Assembly (NCBI RefSeq): GCF_006345805.1
Contig: NC_042997.1
Coordinates: 95,418,001-95,482,000, forward strand
Origin: Octopus sinensis
Taxonomy: Eukaryota
DNA: 64,000 nt
Direction of reading: 5' to 3'
Part shown: piece after piece, positions 39,281 through 51,658 of the stretch
Position numbering within the stretch: the first letter of the stretch is position 1
How the letters are laid out: every line of letters begins with the position of its first letter
The notes under the pieces: generated by a model
What the model saw: the letters and a program-made list of their open reading frames with translations, nothing else
Database searches by the model: none
Told to the model about the DNA's origin: nothing
Program-made: the position numbers and the translations under genes

Positions 39281-41771
39281 TAGATGAATATGTTTTTAAT
39301 ATGCCAAAAGAAGTATAAATACTAATCACTTACTAGGGTATAAATAGAATATTAACAATTATTTACTCTATACACACACATTAAGCCTTCCTCTATGAAC
39401 ACGTTTCTGGTCTCCGATCAAGCTACCAAACACAATTGTAATCATTACTTTGGACAATTTGGAAAACTAAATTCTCGTTCAAGGATGACAATGTAATTCA
39501 TTTTTACTGAACATAACAGCAGGTATATGGACATTCGAAAGATAATTTAAATCAGGACAAATTAAACAAACGAAGTTGAATATAAATTAGCTACTAATAA
39601 CTATCGATTTTCGGTGTCAAGATTATAGTTATTTCCCAGTAATAAAACAAGTTCAGTTTTGTTCTGAACAACTTAGAATATATTTCTATTAAATTTAAAG
39701 TTATCAATAGCCAAGTATCTTTAACATTGCAAGTGCCTTTTTTTATATAGAAATTGCATTCAGAAATGTTCACCCGGTATGTAGTTACTTCTTTTCTAAC
39801 TATTCCCCAGCTTCGAACGTCTTTCACTCTAATCTCCACACTTCTCAAAGTTTATCTTTCCAATTGGTACCTGTGCATATTCTAAGCACCATGGTAGAAG
39901 AGCAGTTATTCGTTGGGATATTTCGTTATACCTGTTTCAGTTCACCCTGCTCCTAGTTCAAATTCCAACAATGTCTACTTTTCATTTCATTTTTTATAAA
40001 TAAAGTACTCGTCCAATACTAGAAATACTGAGCATTTCTCTATTTAGCTTCTTTACGAGAATAAAATCAGACGACATCATAGAAGTCTTACTCGCAGCGC
40101 AGATTAAAAAACGAAAAAAAAACATTCGTCCTCGAGTTTTCCAGGTTTACGGTGTTATCATTGTAATGACAAAGTGTTACTTATCGAACTATTTATAGTT
40201 ACCAAGCCATTGATACAGATATTTATCACGAACGGGAGTCTTCGTAATACTTGTGCTTGAGTCAAATATGGCAATCAAACATATAGAATGTATTTTTAAG
40301 GCTGCTAAATGAAAAAATGCAATGTGGGATTGTTTCTTTTATTCTTTACGCACCGAATTTAAAATTTCGTAACTAAGACTAGCTGGCAGCATCAAATGTA
40401 CTCTTTTTCTCTGCTAAAGCAGTAAGATTAATGTATATTAGAATTTTAGCTATGAAAAAGTAGCAAATAAAAGTGGATTCTATTAATTAACAGAAGAATT
40501 CAAAGCTGGTGCTAATGTTATTTTATATGCAGCTGAACAAAGTCAAATTAATTTTAAGAGTATTGTATAACTTGAAAGTATTTAAAACAGATACGTATAT
40601 TATTCTTACATAAAGGCAGCTACTGCTGTGTGGACGATACTACATTCAAAATGAATTATTATAAAATGCCTAGTCTGTTACAGCAAATTTATTTTATAGA
40701 TAGTTACAAATTACAGCAATAGTAATGATAGACGTTCTTTTCAATAATTCAATAGACCAAATTCGAAATGGACTTCAAGCTATTTCTGAGATGTAATTAA
40801 TCTGAAAATGCAGCATCTCGCATCTCAAGTTATTCTGCTGATATCTTCCGTTGAATTAGCAACAAGACACGATTTGCAGTTTCAACATTTGAATATTCTC
40901 ATCGAAGCCTATGCTAGAAAGTACAAAAATAAAGGGGAAAAACAAAATTCGAATTTCCAGTTGTCGAGACGTCGGAAAGTCGTTTGCTGCAATTGATCAG
41001 GTTACTAAATTGTATTCTTCCCAAATATTTGGAGATAAAGGCATATTTTAAATTATTACTAACAAGTACTATGTATCCAACAAAAGCGTAAATTGCTTCA
41101 ATGAAATTGTCTATCCTGTGATCAATGCACAAATGAAACAAATAATACGCTCGTTTAGGTCACAAGAAAATTTGCTTACAGTTGCAATAATAACGAACGT
41201 CATTTCAATAAGTAATGAGAAAGTTTACAATTTCTAGTCAGTGTAGTTTGACTAAAATGTTAGACAATACACTAACGTATTATCATTAAATTTTGGAATT
41301 AAATTAATTTAAGTGACATGCTCGTTTGTTTCATAATTTTTTCTTTGTGAATTTTCAGTTTTCTATGGATACATTGCCTCAAAGTAATCAATTTTTAAAA
41401 GATGTCTATGGTAAAAAATTATTTTTTATACATTGGTTACAATTACGATTTAAAAATCCACAAAATTTAGTGTTTAATGGTGCCCGGTTTTCCATGGAAC
41501 ACAGATATAAAATGCAGAATTTGGCTGCTAGAGATGTGTCGAACAAATAAAGTAACTGAAAATGATAAAAGAATTAAGTGTTTTATGCACTGAATAAAAG
41601 ATAATGATGTATATAAATTTAGAATTTGGTATGTATGTACGCAAGGAAGCTGTCGATTTTAATGAATGTGATATCATAAAAGCACACATATTATATATAT
41701 ATATATATATATATATACAGAGAGAGAGAGAGAGAGAGATATATATAAGGGCCGGGGAGGTAGAAAACATT

Positions 41772-42569
41772 TCAGTCATTTGTAGGACCATTCATAAGGA
41801 CTAGTTGAATATCATTTGTGCGTTGTTCAGCAGGACTCACACCAAATTTAAGACAAATATACAAGCACAAAATAGAACCACCACATACGAACACTCCTAT
41901 AGATATCGCAATGGTAGCTGGAAGGTTGCGAGTGTTAGATGGAGTAAGCCTGGAAGATATTGGATAATCTCTAGTTGTAGTGCTTTCATTTCCCGATGTT
42001 AAAGTTGTCTGCATAGGCATTGAGCGAGCATTCGCAGAAACGTATTCAGTAATTGGATATTTTTTCACAATCTGTGAATTCAGGACTGATCGCTTCAAAA
42101 TCTTCGTCTCTCGTTTCAATTTATAATCCGCTACATATTGTGCCATACCAAAATTCTCCTCGAATCTTCGTAGTGAGTTCTGATTATTCTTATATCGACG
42201 GTTAGAAATAATTACGGGTGCCCCCTTTTTTAATTTCTGTGGAGTGATAATGGAAGTATACGGTGGTGTACTGCTAACCAATATGCAGAGGATACTTCTT
42301 TTAGAAATACACCTCAAATATGAGTCTCTTAAATCGGCAAACATGCATCTCCTCAAACAATTCTGCTTCAGATTAATATGGATATCGCGATACTGAGGTC
42401 CTCTATAATTTAAGTCTTCAACTGTAGATTGATTTTTTCTCGAGGAGAGTATTCTAAATTGTCTGCCATAAACACCTATTTCGGAGGTATTTAGTTCTGG
42501 AGATATTTTCAAAACGTTGCACACCACAAGTAAATATTGAGCGAAAAGGACGAAAGCAAACATTCTCAT
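41772..42569 (-). CDS. Uncharacterised type I membrane glycoprotein, 265 aa (paralog A)
   Basis: Hydrophobic N-terminus, Ser/Thr-rich stalk, TM segment IAISIGVFVCGGSILCLYICL and short tail. Collinear similarity to the ORF at 62576-63187. Non-repetitive open frame in AT-rich DNA. Confidence 0.78.
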   Translation of the reverse strand: MRMFAFVLFAQYLLVVCNVLKISPELNTSEIGVYGRQFRILSSRKNQSTVEDLNYRGPQYRDIHINLKQNCLRRCMFADLRDSYLRCISKRSILCILVSSTPPYTSIITPQKLKKGAPVIISNRRYKNNQNSLRRFEENFGMAQYVADYKLKRETKILKRSVLNSQIVKKYPITEYVSANARSMPMQTTLTSGNESTTTRDYPISSRLTPSNTRNLPATIAISIGVFVCGGSILCLYICLKFGVSPAEQRTNDIQLVLMNGPTND

Positions 42570-43289
42570 AGCGTGAAATATGTTGGGGAAACCTTTCTCT
42601 TCGAACCATAAATCAATTTCTATAAGCTAGTTATTAGACAGATGAGTGATTATATAAATTTTCCATTTCCAATTTAAATAATTGAACATTCGAAACATTT
42701 GTATATGAAATAATAGAATTGATCTTTTGCCAAAATGTGAAACAAATATGAAATAATAGAATTGTCCAATAACAATTCTAGTAACACAAAAACCAAGATA
42801 TGTTGACAATATGTAATGACTGAGGAACGATGCATTTATGTACAAATTAAACGGCATATTCGCCACGGTTTCGACTCCTAATTTAAATTATTTAATTTCA
42901 TTTATGAGAACAATTTTATTTCGGAACTGAAGTTCTGAGCATATGCCTGTTAAAAGAAAGACAGTTAAGGTACATCAGAATGCATTATATTTCCCTTTAC
43001 TAAAAAATTAATGGGTTTAGTCACACTTCAAATACCATTAACCCATTCATATAGCTTATTTGGTAATAAGCTCTACAAAAGAAAAAAAAAACTGTAGGTT
43101 AATGAATCCCAGTGCCGATCGTATATATTGATATAACTAAGCATTTTCAAATAGCTATTTGTATACCCTAATCTGAATGATGTAGTTGTTCCCTTTTTTT
43201 CTTTATAACTGATTGTTTAGTTGAGAGCAGCGTAAAGCACTATATTATGCCAAACAACATGTGATAAACAATGAGAAAATAACCCATTG

Positions 43290-44097
43290 AGATCTTTACC
43301 TTTTGACCGACAGATGGAAAAAATAATTTTTTGTAACCAAACACTTTCAAACTTCGGACACTGGTAGAATGTGTCATATAAAACATCTTTTACTCGTAGC
43401 GTTTTAGAGAAAAGCTTATATTTAGGAAGTTACTTCATGTTAAAGTTGTCGTATTTCGGTAATTTCAACCAATTAATGACGTGTATTCAGCTGAAGAAAA
43501 TTACTGCCGTTGTTTGTCAACAACAACTATAGGCAGTGTATGTTTCGCTTGTCACTGTTATTCATGACATCGTTCATGCGTTTGTGCTGGTTTTAGCATT
43601 TAGGGGTTAGGGTTAGGCTTTTAGGGTTACGGTTAGGCTTTTAGGGTTAGGGTTTGAGGCTTAGGGTCTTAGGGATAGTATTTTAGGGTTAGGGTTTTAG
43701 GGTTAAGGTTAGGGTTTTAGTGTTTGGGTTTTAGGGTTAGGGTTTTAGTGTTTGGGTTTTAGGGTTAGGGTTTTAGGGTTAGGGTTAAGGTGTTAGGGTT
43801 AGGGTTTTAGGGTTGTTATAAAAAGCAGTAACAAACGTAATATACACCGCCGGAAGCTTTTGTTGACAAACAACAGCAGTAATGTCGTATATTCAAGTGA
43901 ATACACGATATTAATTGGTTGAAATTACCAAAATACGACAACTTTAACATGAAATAACTTCCTAAATATAAGCCTTTCTCAAAAACGCTAAGAATAAAAG
44001 ATGTTTTATATGACACAGTCTACCAGTGTCGGAAGTTTGAAATTGTTTAGTAACAAAAAATTATTTTAAAAATCTGTCGGTCAAAAGGTAAACAACC
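43290..44097. mobile_element. Long-TIR non-autonomous DNA transposon (Merlin-like) with telomeric-repeat core
   Basis: ~270-bp inverted arms. Exact 8-bp TSD ACCCATTG (43282-43289 / 44098-44105). Right end ..AACC. Confidence 0.85.
43595..43815 (+). repeat. Interstitial telomere-like repeat (TTAGGG and TTTTAGGG variants)
   Basis: Many TTAGGG/TTTTAGGG units are seen directly. Confidence 0.92.
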
Positions 44098-44798
44098 ACC
44101 CATTGCTTCTCAGAAGTGTATATATATATATATATATATATATGAGACGAGAAACAGAAATACGTTCACGTCACACACATGATGCTTATCTAAAATATAT
44201 ACATATATATTGCGATGTATTATGAATTGGATTGTCTTCTCAAACAGAAGACGAGGAGTCCCGCATTGCTTAAGATCTAAAAGCAAAGATCAAGCCTAAT
44301 ACCTCAAACAGTTTCAGGATATCAGCTGATCCAAACTTTGTGAACACTGAAACAGTGCTGTCAGGATTGATTCTTTCATACATAAACGGATGCAGGATGT
44401 GATGGATATGCTTACTCAAAGACTATAACGGAAAGTACTCATCTCATCTAGTGTACTCTTTGTATATATACATATACTCCACTTATTCATATGGTAAATA
44501 CTATATATTGACTTGACATTTAGCCTACCTATACAGCGACGGAGAAGTCATAACTAATGTAACTTTGTTACAAAGTGAAACTAGACAAGTACTATGATCT
44601 CGCTCGCTGTAGGATTGTTATCTCTCCTGTCAGTGCATTGACATGTGCTTCTTTGAGGCCTTAAAAGCTTTCGACTTTTAATTTTAGCAATGTAGGTGCT
44701 CCCCAGCAACATCAGTCACAATTAGTGACCATTGAACTTTTATTATATAGTTTTACATTGCTTGTAGCCGCCTTTGTTATTTTATCACTCTCTCTCTC

Positions 44799-44833
<35 letters not shown>

Positions 44834-44873
44834 ATATGTATATATGTATATATATGTGTGTGTGCATATATGC

Positions 44874-44916
<43 letters not shown>

Positions 44917-44949
44917 GTGTGTGTGGAGGTGTATATATGTATATATACG

Positions 44950-45838
44950 ACATTAGATGATGATATTTTGAATGCAAGCATTGAAGAAAACTCAGTTAAT
45001 GCATCAAAGAAGTTGCAGAGAAATTGGAATTTCCCCAAGGTATTGTTCACGGACACTTTGTGGACATTGGGTATGTTTCACTTCATGACATTTGGGTGCC
45101 TCACAAACTGTCAGAACAAAACTGCATGGACTGGTTTTCTCTCTGATATAGAAACACAATGAAAATAAAATTTACTTGAAACAAATGGTATCTGAAGATG
45201 AAAAATGAAGTGTTTACCATTATATAGCGAGAAAAATATTCGGCAGTAGACGTGAGGATCCTACAAAATAGCTTCCGAAGTAGAATATCAATTAAAAAAT
45301 AACCATCACTTGTGTATGGTGGTATTTCAAAGGCATTATTTACTATGCGCCAATCCCACAGAATCATAACCTCAATGCTGATGAGTACAACCATCAGCTA
45401 GCAATTATAAATAGAAAAATTAACGAATTGAGGCCTGCGCTCTCCAACACGGGTTGTACTCCATCAGGACAATGCCTCACCCCATGTGTATTTAGTTACC
45501 TGCACAAAGTTGCCTGAACTTGGATGTAATCTCTTATCTCATCCAACATACTCACCTGACATTGAACCAACCATGTGACTATGATTTGTTTTCGTCTCTG
45601 CAGAACTGTCCAAAAGAAATATCAATTTACGATTTAGATGATATTCAAACCCACTTCGATAACTTCGTTTCCTCTGAAGCAAATTAATTTTATGCCGATT
45701 ATTTTATGCCTGCTAGGTGGACTAGGGCCATAGAAAACAATGGAAATTACATTAACGAATAAAGATTGAAGTATGTTTTAAAATGTCTTATGTATTGCTT
45801 TTAAAGAAAGCGTTAAGACCTTTTTGGTCAAACTCATA
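44950..45838 (+). pseudogene. Decayed mariner transposase with 3' TIR
   Basis: Fragments LDDDILNASIEEN, WVPHKL, VSEDEK, LHQDNASPH and HPTYSPDIEPT. TIR-like end CTTTTTGGTCAAACTCATA. Confidence 0.85.
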
Positions 45839-46089
45839 TATGTATGCATGTATATATGTCTTTAGGGGTATATATATATGGCTTGTGTTAGTAATACCAG
45901 CGATTATAATTATTTTTATTTTATCGCAATTTGATTTGTTTACATATTTCTCGATAAACTATGAGCGCCAGGCGATATACCAGAATTCCCTAGTGTTGTC
46001 GGGACGTTCGGAGTCTGCGCAGTGATATGATTAGTTAGGGAGAGTAAATCATTAGACGCACATGCTTCTAGTGAGTTAGGATCCCAGAA

Positions 46090-46180
46090 AAACAGGGTCT
46101 CACTGAAGAATTCTCCCTGAGCAAATAAATTATCTTTATTGTTGAAAAGAAAGAAACTGCAGTCTGAGAATTACCGGTTT
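46090..46180 (+). ncRNA. Type I hammerhead ribozyme, copy 1 (predicted cleavage after C46164)
   Basis: Stem I TCTCA/TGAGA; CTGAAGA 46103-46109; extended stem II; GAAAC 46153-46157; palindromic stem III ACTGCAGT; GTC triplet. Confidence 0.75.
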
Positions 46181-46485
46181 AGTAAATGTTTTTATCTTCA
46201 TTTCACTTAATTTATCAAGCTTCTGTATTCCTAACACATATTTCGCCTTAATGTACTGATATATGAAAAATATATGGCTTGTGTTAGTAATACCATCGAT
46301 TATAATTATTTTTATTTTATCGCAATTTGATTTGTTTACATATTTCTCGATAAATTATGAGCGCCAGGCGATATACCAGAATTCCCTAGTGTTGTCGGGA
46401 CGTTCGGAGTCTGCGCAGTGATATGATTAGTTAGGGAGAGTAAATCATTAGACGCACATGCTTCTAGTGAGTTAGGATCCCAGAA

Positions 46486-46576
46486 AAACAGGGTCTCACT
46501 GAAGAATTCTCCCTGAGCAAATAAATTATCTTTATTGCTGAAAAGAAAGAAACTGCAGTCTGAGAATTACCGGTTT
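46486..46576 (+). ncRNA. Type I hammerhead ribozyme, copy 2 (predicted cleavage after C46560)
   Basis: Same fold as copy 1. Distal stem II AGCAA/TTGCT is fully paired in this copy. Confidence 0.78.
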
Positions 46577-46881
46577 AGTAAATGTTTTTATCTTCATTTC
46601 ACTTAATTTATCAAGCTTCTGTATTCCTAGCACATATTTCGCCTTAATGTACTGATATATGAAAAATATATGGCTTGTGTTAGTAATACCATCGATTATA
46701 ATTATTTTTATTTTATCGCAATTTGATTTGTTTACATATTTCTCGATAAATTATGAGCGCCAGGCGATATACCAGAATTCCCTAGTGTTGTCGGGACGTT
46801 CGGAGTCTGCGCAGTGATATGATTAGTTAGGGAGAGTAAATCATTAGACGCACATGCTTCTAGTGAGTTAGGATCCCAGAA

Positions 46882-46972
46882 AAACAGGGTCTCACTGAAG
46901 AATTCTCCCTGAGCAAATAAATTATCTTTATTGATGAAAAGAAAGAAACTGCAGTCTGAGAATTACCGGTTT
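46882..46972 (+). ncRNA. Type I hammerhead ribozyme, copy 3 (predicted cleavage after C46956)
   Basis: Same fold as copy 1, with one mismatch in distal stem II (TTGAT). Confidence 0.73.
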
Positions 46973-47139
46973 AGTAAATGTTTTTATCTTCATTTCACTT
47001 AATTTATCAAGCTTCTGTATTCCTAGCACATATTTCGCCTTAATGTACTGATATATGAAAAATATATGGCTTGTGTTAGTAATACCAGCGATTATAATTA
47101 TTTTTATTTTATCGCAATTTGATTTGTTTATATATATAT

Positions 47140-47205
<66 letters not shown>

Positions 47206-48415
47206 CACACTTTTATCTATACACACACATACACACACATGTATATATATATATCCATATATATACATACGTATATAATTGTTAAAGAAGACAACAGACC
47301 ATTGAGTTATGGTAAACATCTCATGTCGTATACAATATTATCATTGGAAAAATTCTAAGTCTTGCAGCTGTTTCTGGGATATCCCTGAGTATGGGATATT
47401 CCGTGACAAGTTGGGAAAATAGGGAACATAAGAATGGTATATATTAATGAGTTGATGACATAGAAGAAAAGAGTAAAAGAATAAGGAGATGGAAAGAAAA
47501 AAGAAAAAGAGAAAAAGAGCATAAATGTTCATAGTTCAACTTACCGTTGCTGAAGAAACAAGAGCATAAGTCCTTAGGCGCAATTCTGCATAGATCCATG
47601 TAGGTTAAATACCAGATATAGTAAACATCCAGAGGAAAAAGACGCGAACATATCGATGTTCAATAGCAGACTGGTAGCGGAGGTGGCTTGTAAGTGGTAA
47701 AAGGAAAGTATAGAAAATATATATAGATAGATTGAGGTGGTAAAAGGAAAGTATAGAAAATATATATAGATAGATTGAGGTGGGGAGGGAATTTATAGAC
47801 TGGCTTTAGGAAAAAGTAAAGTGTATAGGGGTATAGTGTCTAAGAATTGTGTATCGGTTAGCCGAGAAGAAAAGGGAGAGGATTAGGAGGTAGAGGAAGA
47901 TAGGGTAAAAAATAGGGCAAAATGAAAGGAATTTAAAGAGAGCAGAATGTGTCTGTGGTAGTCTTAATGACTACAGCTGTTGGGAAGAAGATCTAGTAGT
48001 AAATAGCTGTGTCTGTTTTGGCTAAGGTCAGTAGTTGTAGAGTTATTTTTAACAAACAGTTATTTTTAACAAACATGTTATGGGTGTATAGGTAGCCGAG
48101 AATGGAGGAGCTATTTGAATGTTAATTTATTTATGAGTGGGAGTTATAGTCAGAGGTTAGGGGATTTATTGGATTATAGTTTTAAAATAAATTTAGGTTA
48201 AATTAAAGAATTAATATTTATCTCATAATTGATGAGGTAAGGTAGATTGAAGAGATTTAATACATAAGGTATAAATAAGAGATATAGTGATATAGGATAA
48301 ATAGAAGAGGTAAAAAGGTGTATGTGTTAACCCACAACTCACCACAATTGCTTAATAAATACAACGGGGCCTTCCCTACGTGTAAGCACAAATTCTTCCG
48401 CACTTTTAAATTCTT

Positions 48416-49030
48416 TCATAGATCTAAATGTAAGTTCACCCCACGCAAATAGTACCCAATTACAAACCCCTTGTTGTTGGTGAAGCAGAGATCCAATATA
48501 TTATTCGCTCTGGTTGTTCGGAGCACCATTTGCTCAATGAATAGGGCATAGGTGAGGGTGAGCAGGGACTCCACCAGTACTTGTTTGCAATGAGTCATTC
48601 CTAAGAGCATAAGGCCCTCGGGCCATTTGACAGTAGAGAAGTTGAAATCACCCATAAGAAACACATTCACATCTTGTTCCAGTTTCATGAGGGTGTCTTT
48701 TATTCTTCTGAGGCAATCTTCAAATTTATCCGCGTGATTTGTAACATTCGATGGGCGATATGTACTGCATATGATTATATTATGTTGTCTTATGGATATA
48801 TCTTGAGTGTCATTTACTGAATTTCAGTATGACAGTAGTACCTGGAGTGAGAGGTCCTCACGGATGTATGCAGCAACTCCACTATGGTTGCTTTCCTTTC
48901 TGTTTGTTCGCAGTATACTATATTTTGGTAAGTGTACTCCTGCATCCCCTATAAGGTAAGTTTCCATGAATGCTATGCATTAGGGCTTGATTGCATGCAG
49001 CAAGGTCTCTCGGAGAAAAGATTTTGCTTT
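48416..49030 (-). pseudogene. Apurinic-like endonuclease remnant of a CR1/L2-group LINE
   Basis: VFLMGDFNF, TRANNILDLCFTN, and upstream GVAAYIRE and IICSTYRPS motifs. Contains stops and frameshifts. Confidence 0.8.
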
Positions 49031-49885
49031 TGTTGTAATGGAACTGGCCTCCAAAATTTAGTAAAAATATTGCCGTGACGACAATGCTGTTGACTGTTGT
49101 TGGTAAGGATCCGTGTTTGCGCTTGATGTAGCTAGGTCAGCTACTGCACAATCTTTTGCACCATGCTCAGAAAAGACACTTGCACAGCTGCTGCTTTTCG
49201 TGTAACATCTGAAGAGCGCACTGCATCATGCATACTTTCTCTTTGAAACGATAAGTGCCTCACCTCTGGGAAGAATTGACACTTAAGACACCTGCAGTTT
49301 TAGCGAGGTCTTGGGTGAGCAAACAGGCAGTTTGTACCGTTCTCCATGCCAAAACTTACGTTGCAGGTAAAATGTTCACGTCTTTCTTGTCTTTAATTCA
49401 ATTTTCTTCTATCATTAGAGTTGGGGAATCCATTGGAGACTATATACTTCGGTTGATTTTCGTTTTTTGTTCGTTGGTTTTGGGTTTCGCTTTTAATTTT
49501 AGATGTTTCGTCATTTCCAATTCCTTTCCCTACCACTCTTTTTTATGTTTTTGCTCGTGGTTTTTCCGTCCTTTACGGGTGCTGGCCTTATGTCCCCTTG
49601 GTTGTTCACTGGGGAGGGGACTCCACTCTTTCGTGTGACCACAAAGAATTATGTTTGATGAATCATCTCAAATATCTTTATCAGTATTACTACAGTTATT
49701 TTCCTTGTGACACCAAGAGTATCAAAAGTGGTATAATAAGGGCAGAGAATCGGATAAATTTGTGTGTATATATATATTATATATATATATATATAACGTA
49801 TGTACGTATATATATGCCTATATGGATATATATTTATGTTTACTTCAAAGATAGATAAACTTTTTTGTAATGATTGTGATTATGA

Positions 49886-51658
49886 ATGTATATTGTTGTG
49901 ATTATAAATATCGCGGTAAATGCCAGTAGCAATCCAAAAACCTTCTTTGCCCATGTCCAGCGGAATTCCCGCTTGAACAACCAGATTGCAACGTTGGTAG
50001 ACTCAACAGGCGTATCGATTGAGGACCCTTATCAACAGAGTCAATTAATTGCCGAGGCCTTTTCAACTATTTTCAAACGAGATGATGGTCGTGAACCCCC
50101 TCCATTTGATAGATCGGTACCTCCAATGCTCCGATTGGTCATCACGCGGGACGAAGTCAAACGTGTTATTCAAGGCCTCGATGTCAACAAGGGTCACGGC
50201 CCTGACGGCATACACCCACGGGTTATCAAAGCGTTGGCTCCGGTCATCTGCGAGCCCTTAACACGACTATTCAATATGTCATTGGCGACGGGTGTTATAC
50301 CTGCAGACAGGAGAACAGCGATAATCTGCCCAATTTTAAAGAAAGGGAGCCGTGAAGACCCGCTTAACTACCGACCGGTTTCCCTTACATCAATAATCAG
50401 CAAGATGTTCGAAACCATCCTTAAGAAAAGTATGATGCTCCACCTCCTAAACACAGCCTCTATCTCTGATTCCCAACACGGCTTCGTGCCGAAGAGATCA
50501 TGCTTGACCAACTTACTAGTAATGGAAGAATTGGTGACGCGCATCCTCGATGATAGTGATGCTGTTGACATCGTTTTATTGGACTTTGCCAAAGCTTTTG
50601 ACTCGGTAAACCACCGCCTATTACTTGTCAAGCTTCAAGCATATAGTTTCCATCCGGATATTATACGATGGGTTGGTGCCTTCCTCTCAGATCGCTCCTT
50701 CCAAGTCCAAGTTAATGGTTCGCGGTCCGACGTCTCCAGTGCGAGCAGTGGCGTGCCTCAAGGTTCAGTGCTTGGGCCCTTGTTGTTCTTAGTCTTCATA
50801 AATGACTTGCCCGACGACCTCACGCAACACACCCTTCTATTTGCCGACGATATCAAACTGGTCGCTCCCCGCGGTAATATAGAGGATCTTCGTCGATGTC
50901 TCCACCAAATTTGGAAGTGGTCTAACGATTGGGACCTGTGTCTGAACGTGTCAAAGTGCTGTCATCTGCCTGTCGGCTCTACTCCTGCAACTCAACTTGA
51001 TTTCGAGCCGGGTCGTCTGCTGCTGGAGAGGACCGATCAGGTAAAGGACCTGGGTATCTTGGTGGATTCCTCCTTTTCGCCTTCGGCCCAGTGCGTCCAT
51101 GCTGCCAACAAAGCACGTGGAACACTGTTCTTGATTCGACGGTCATTCGGAATGCTCACAGCAGCCATATTCCTACCATTCTATGTCACGCTGGTGAGAT
51201 CCATATTGGAGTATGGGATTCAAGTCTCTTCTCCTTATCTCCTCAAAGACATACAGTATCTCGAAAGAGTCCAGAAGCTGGCTACCCGCATGGTTCATGG
51301 TCTCAAAAATTTGTCCTACGAAGAAAGGCTGAGGACGCTCGACCTTTATTCTCTTGAAAAATGCCGCCGCCGTGGTGATCTCATTCTCGCCCACAACATC
51401 ATAAGCGGAAAGTGTAACCTCTCGAAAGAGCTGTTCTTCACTCCTGCTCCAGAGCGTCGGCTGCGGGGTCATTCCGAAAAGCTCTACCTGCGACGATTTC
51501 ATCTCAATCGAAGGAGAGGAGCTTTCTCCGTCTGGGTTGCGGATCCGTGGAACAAGCTGCCAGACGAGATGGTGAAGATGCCGACGACCGCTTTGTCCAA
51601 AGCCTCCCTGGACTTCAAGTGGCCTGAACTCTTTACAGGAACACCACCCTGTACTTAA
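49886..51658 (+). CDS. Reverse transcriptase of a 5'-truncated CR1-type LINE (no endonuclease retained; the annotated start lies in flanking DNA)
   Basis: Motifs GPDGIHP, NYRPVSLTS, QHGF, LDFAKAFDSV, GVPQGSVLGP, LFADDIKL, DLGI, RRRGDLI, RGH and WNKLP. Confidence 0.93.
   Translation: MYIVVIINIAVNASSNPKTFFAHVQRNSRLNNQIATLVDSTGVSIEDPYQQSQLIAEAFSTIFKRDDGREPPPFDRSVPPMLRLVITRDEVKRVIQGLDVNKGHGPDGIHPRVIKALAPVICEPLTRLFNMSLATGVIPADRRTAIICPILKKGSREDPLNYRPVSLTSIISKMFETILKKSMMLHLLNTASISDSQHGFVPKRSCLTNLLVMEELVTRILDDSDAVDIVLLDFAKAFDSVNHRLLLVKLQAYSFHPDIIRWVGAFLSDRSFQVQVNGSRSDVSSASSGVPQGSVLGPLLFLVFINDLPDDLTQHTLLFADDIKLVAPRGNIEDLRRCLHQIWKWSNDWDLCLNVSKCCHLPVGSTPATQLDFEPGRLLLERTDQVKDLGILVDSSFSPSAQCVHAANKARGTLFLIRRSFGMLTAAIFLPFYVTLVRSILEYGIQVSSPYLLKDIQYLERVQKLATRMVHGLKNLSYEERLRTLDLYSLEKCRRRGDLILAHNIISGKCNLSKELFFTPAPERRLRGHSEKLYLRRFHLNRRRGAFSVWVADPWNKLPDEMVKMPTTALSKASLDFKWPELFTGTPPCT

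Larger units (their letters stand above)
45872..47130 (+). repeat. 396-bp tandem array (~3.15 copies, ~99% identical) flanked by (TA)n; candidate retrozyme
   Basis: The anchor TGGCTTGTGTTAG occurs at 45879, 46275, 46671 and 47067 (period 396). Only about four variable sites were seen. Confidence 0.95.

Noticed and set aside
43595-43815. True telomere or chromosome-fusion site
   Set aside because: Short, degenerate, in a single orientation, and enclosed by TIRs with a TSD.
45960-46120. snRNA or telomerase RNA gene in the 396-bp unit (TCTGCGCAGTG resembles the U4 5' end; TTAGTTAGGG)
   Set aside because: Similarity is limited to ~10 nt, with no Sm site/U4 structure or full telomerase template. 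The hammerhead explains the unit better.
47330-48350. Second Penelope-like RT remnant
   Set aside because: Only purine-bias similarity to 25.2-26.6 kb and very weak motifs; not supportable.
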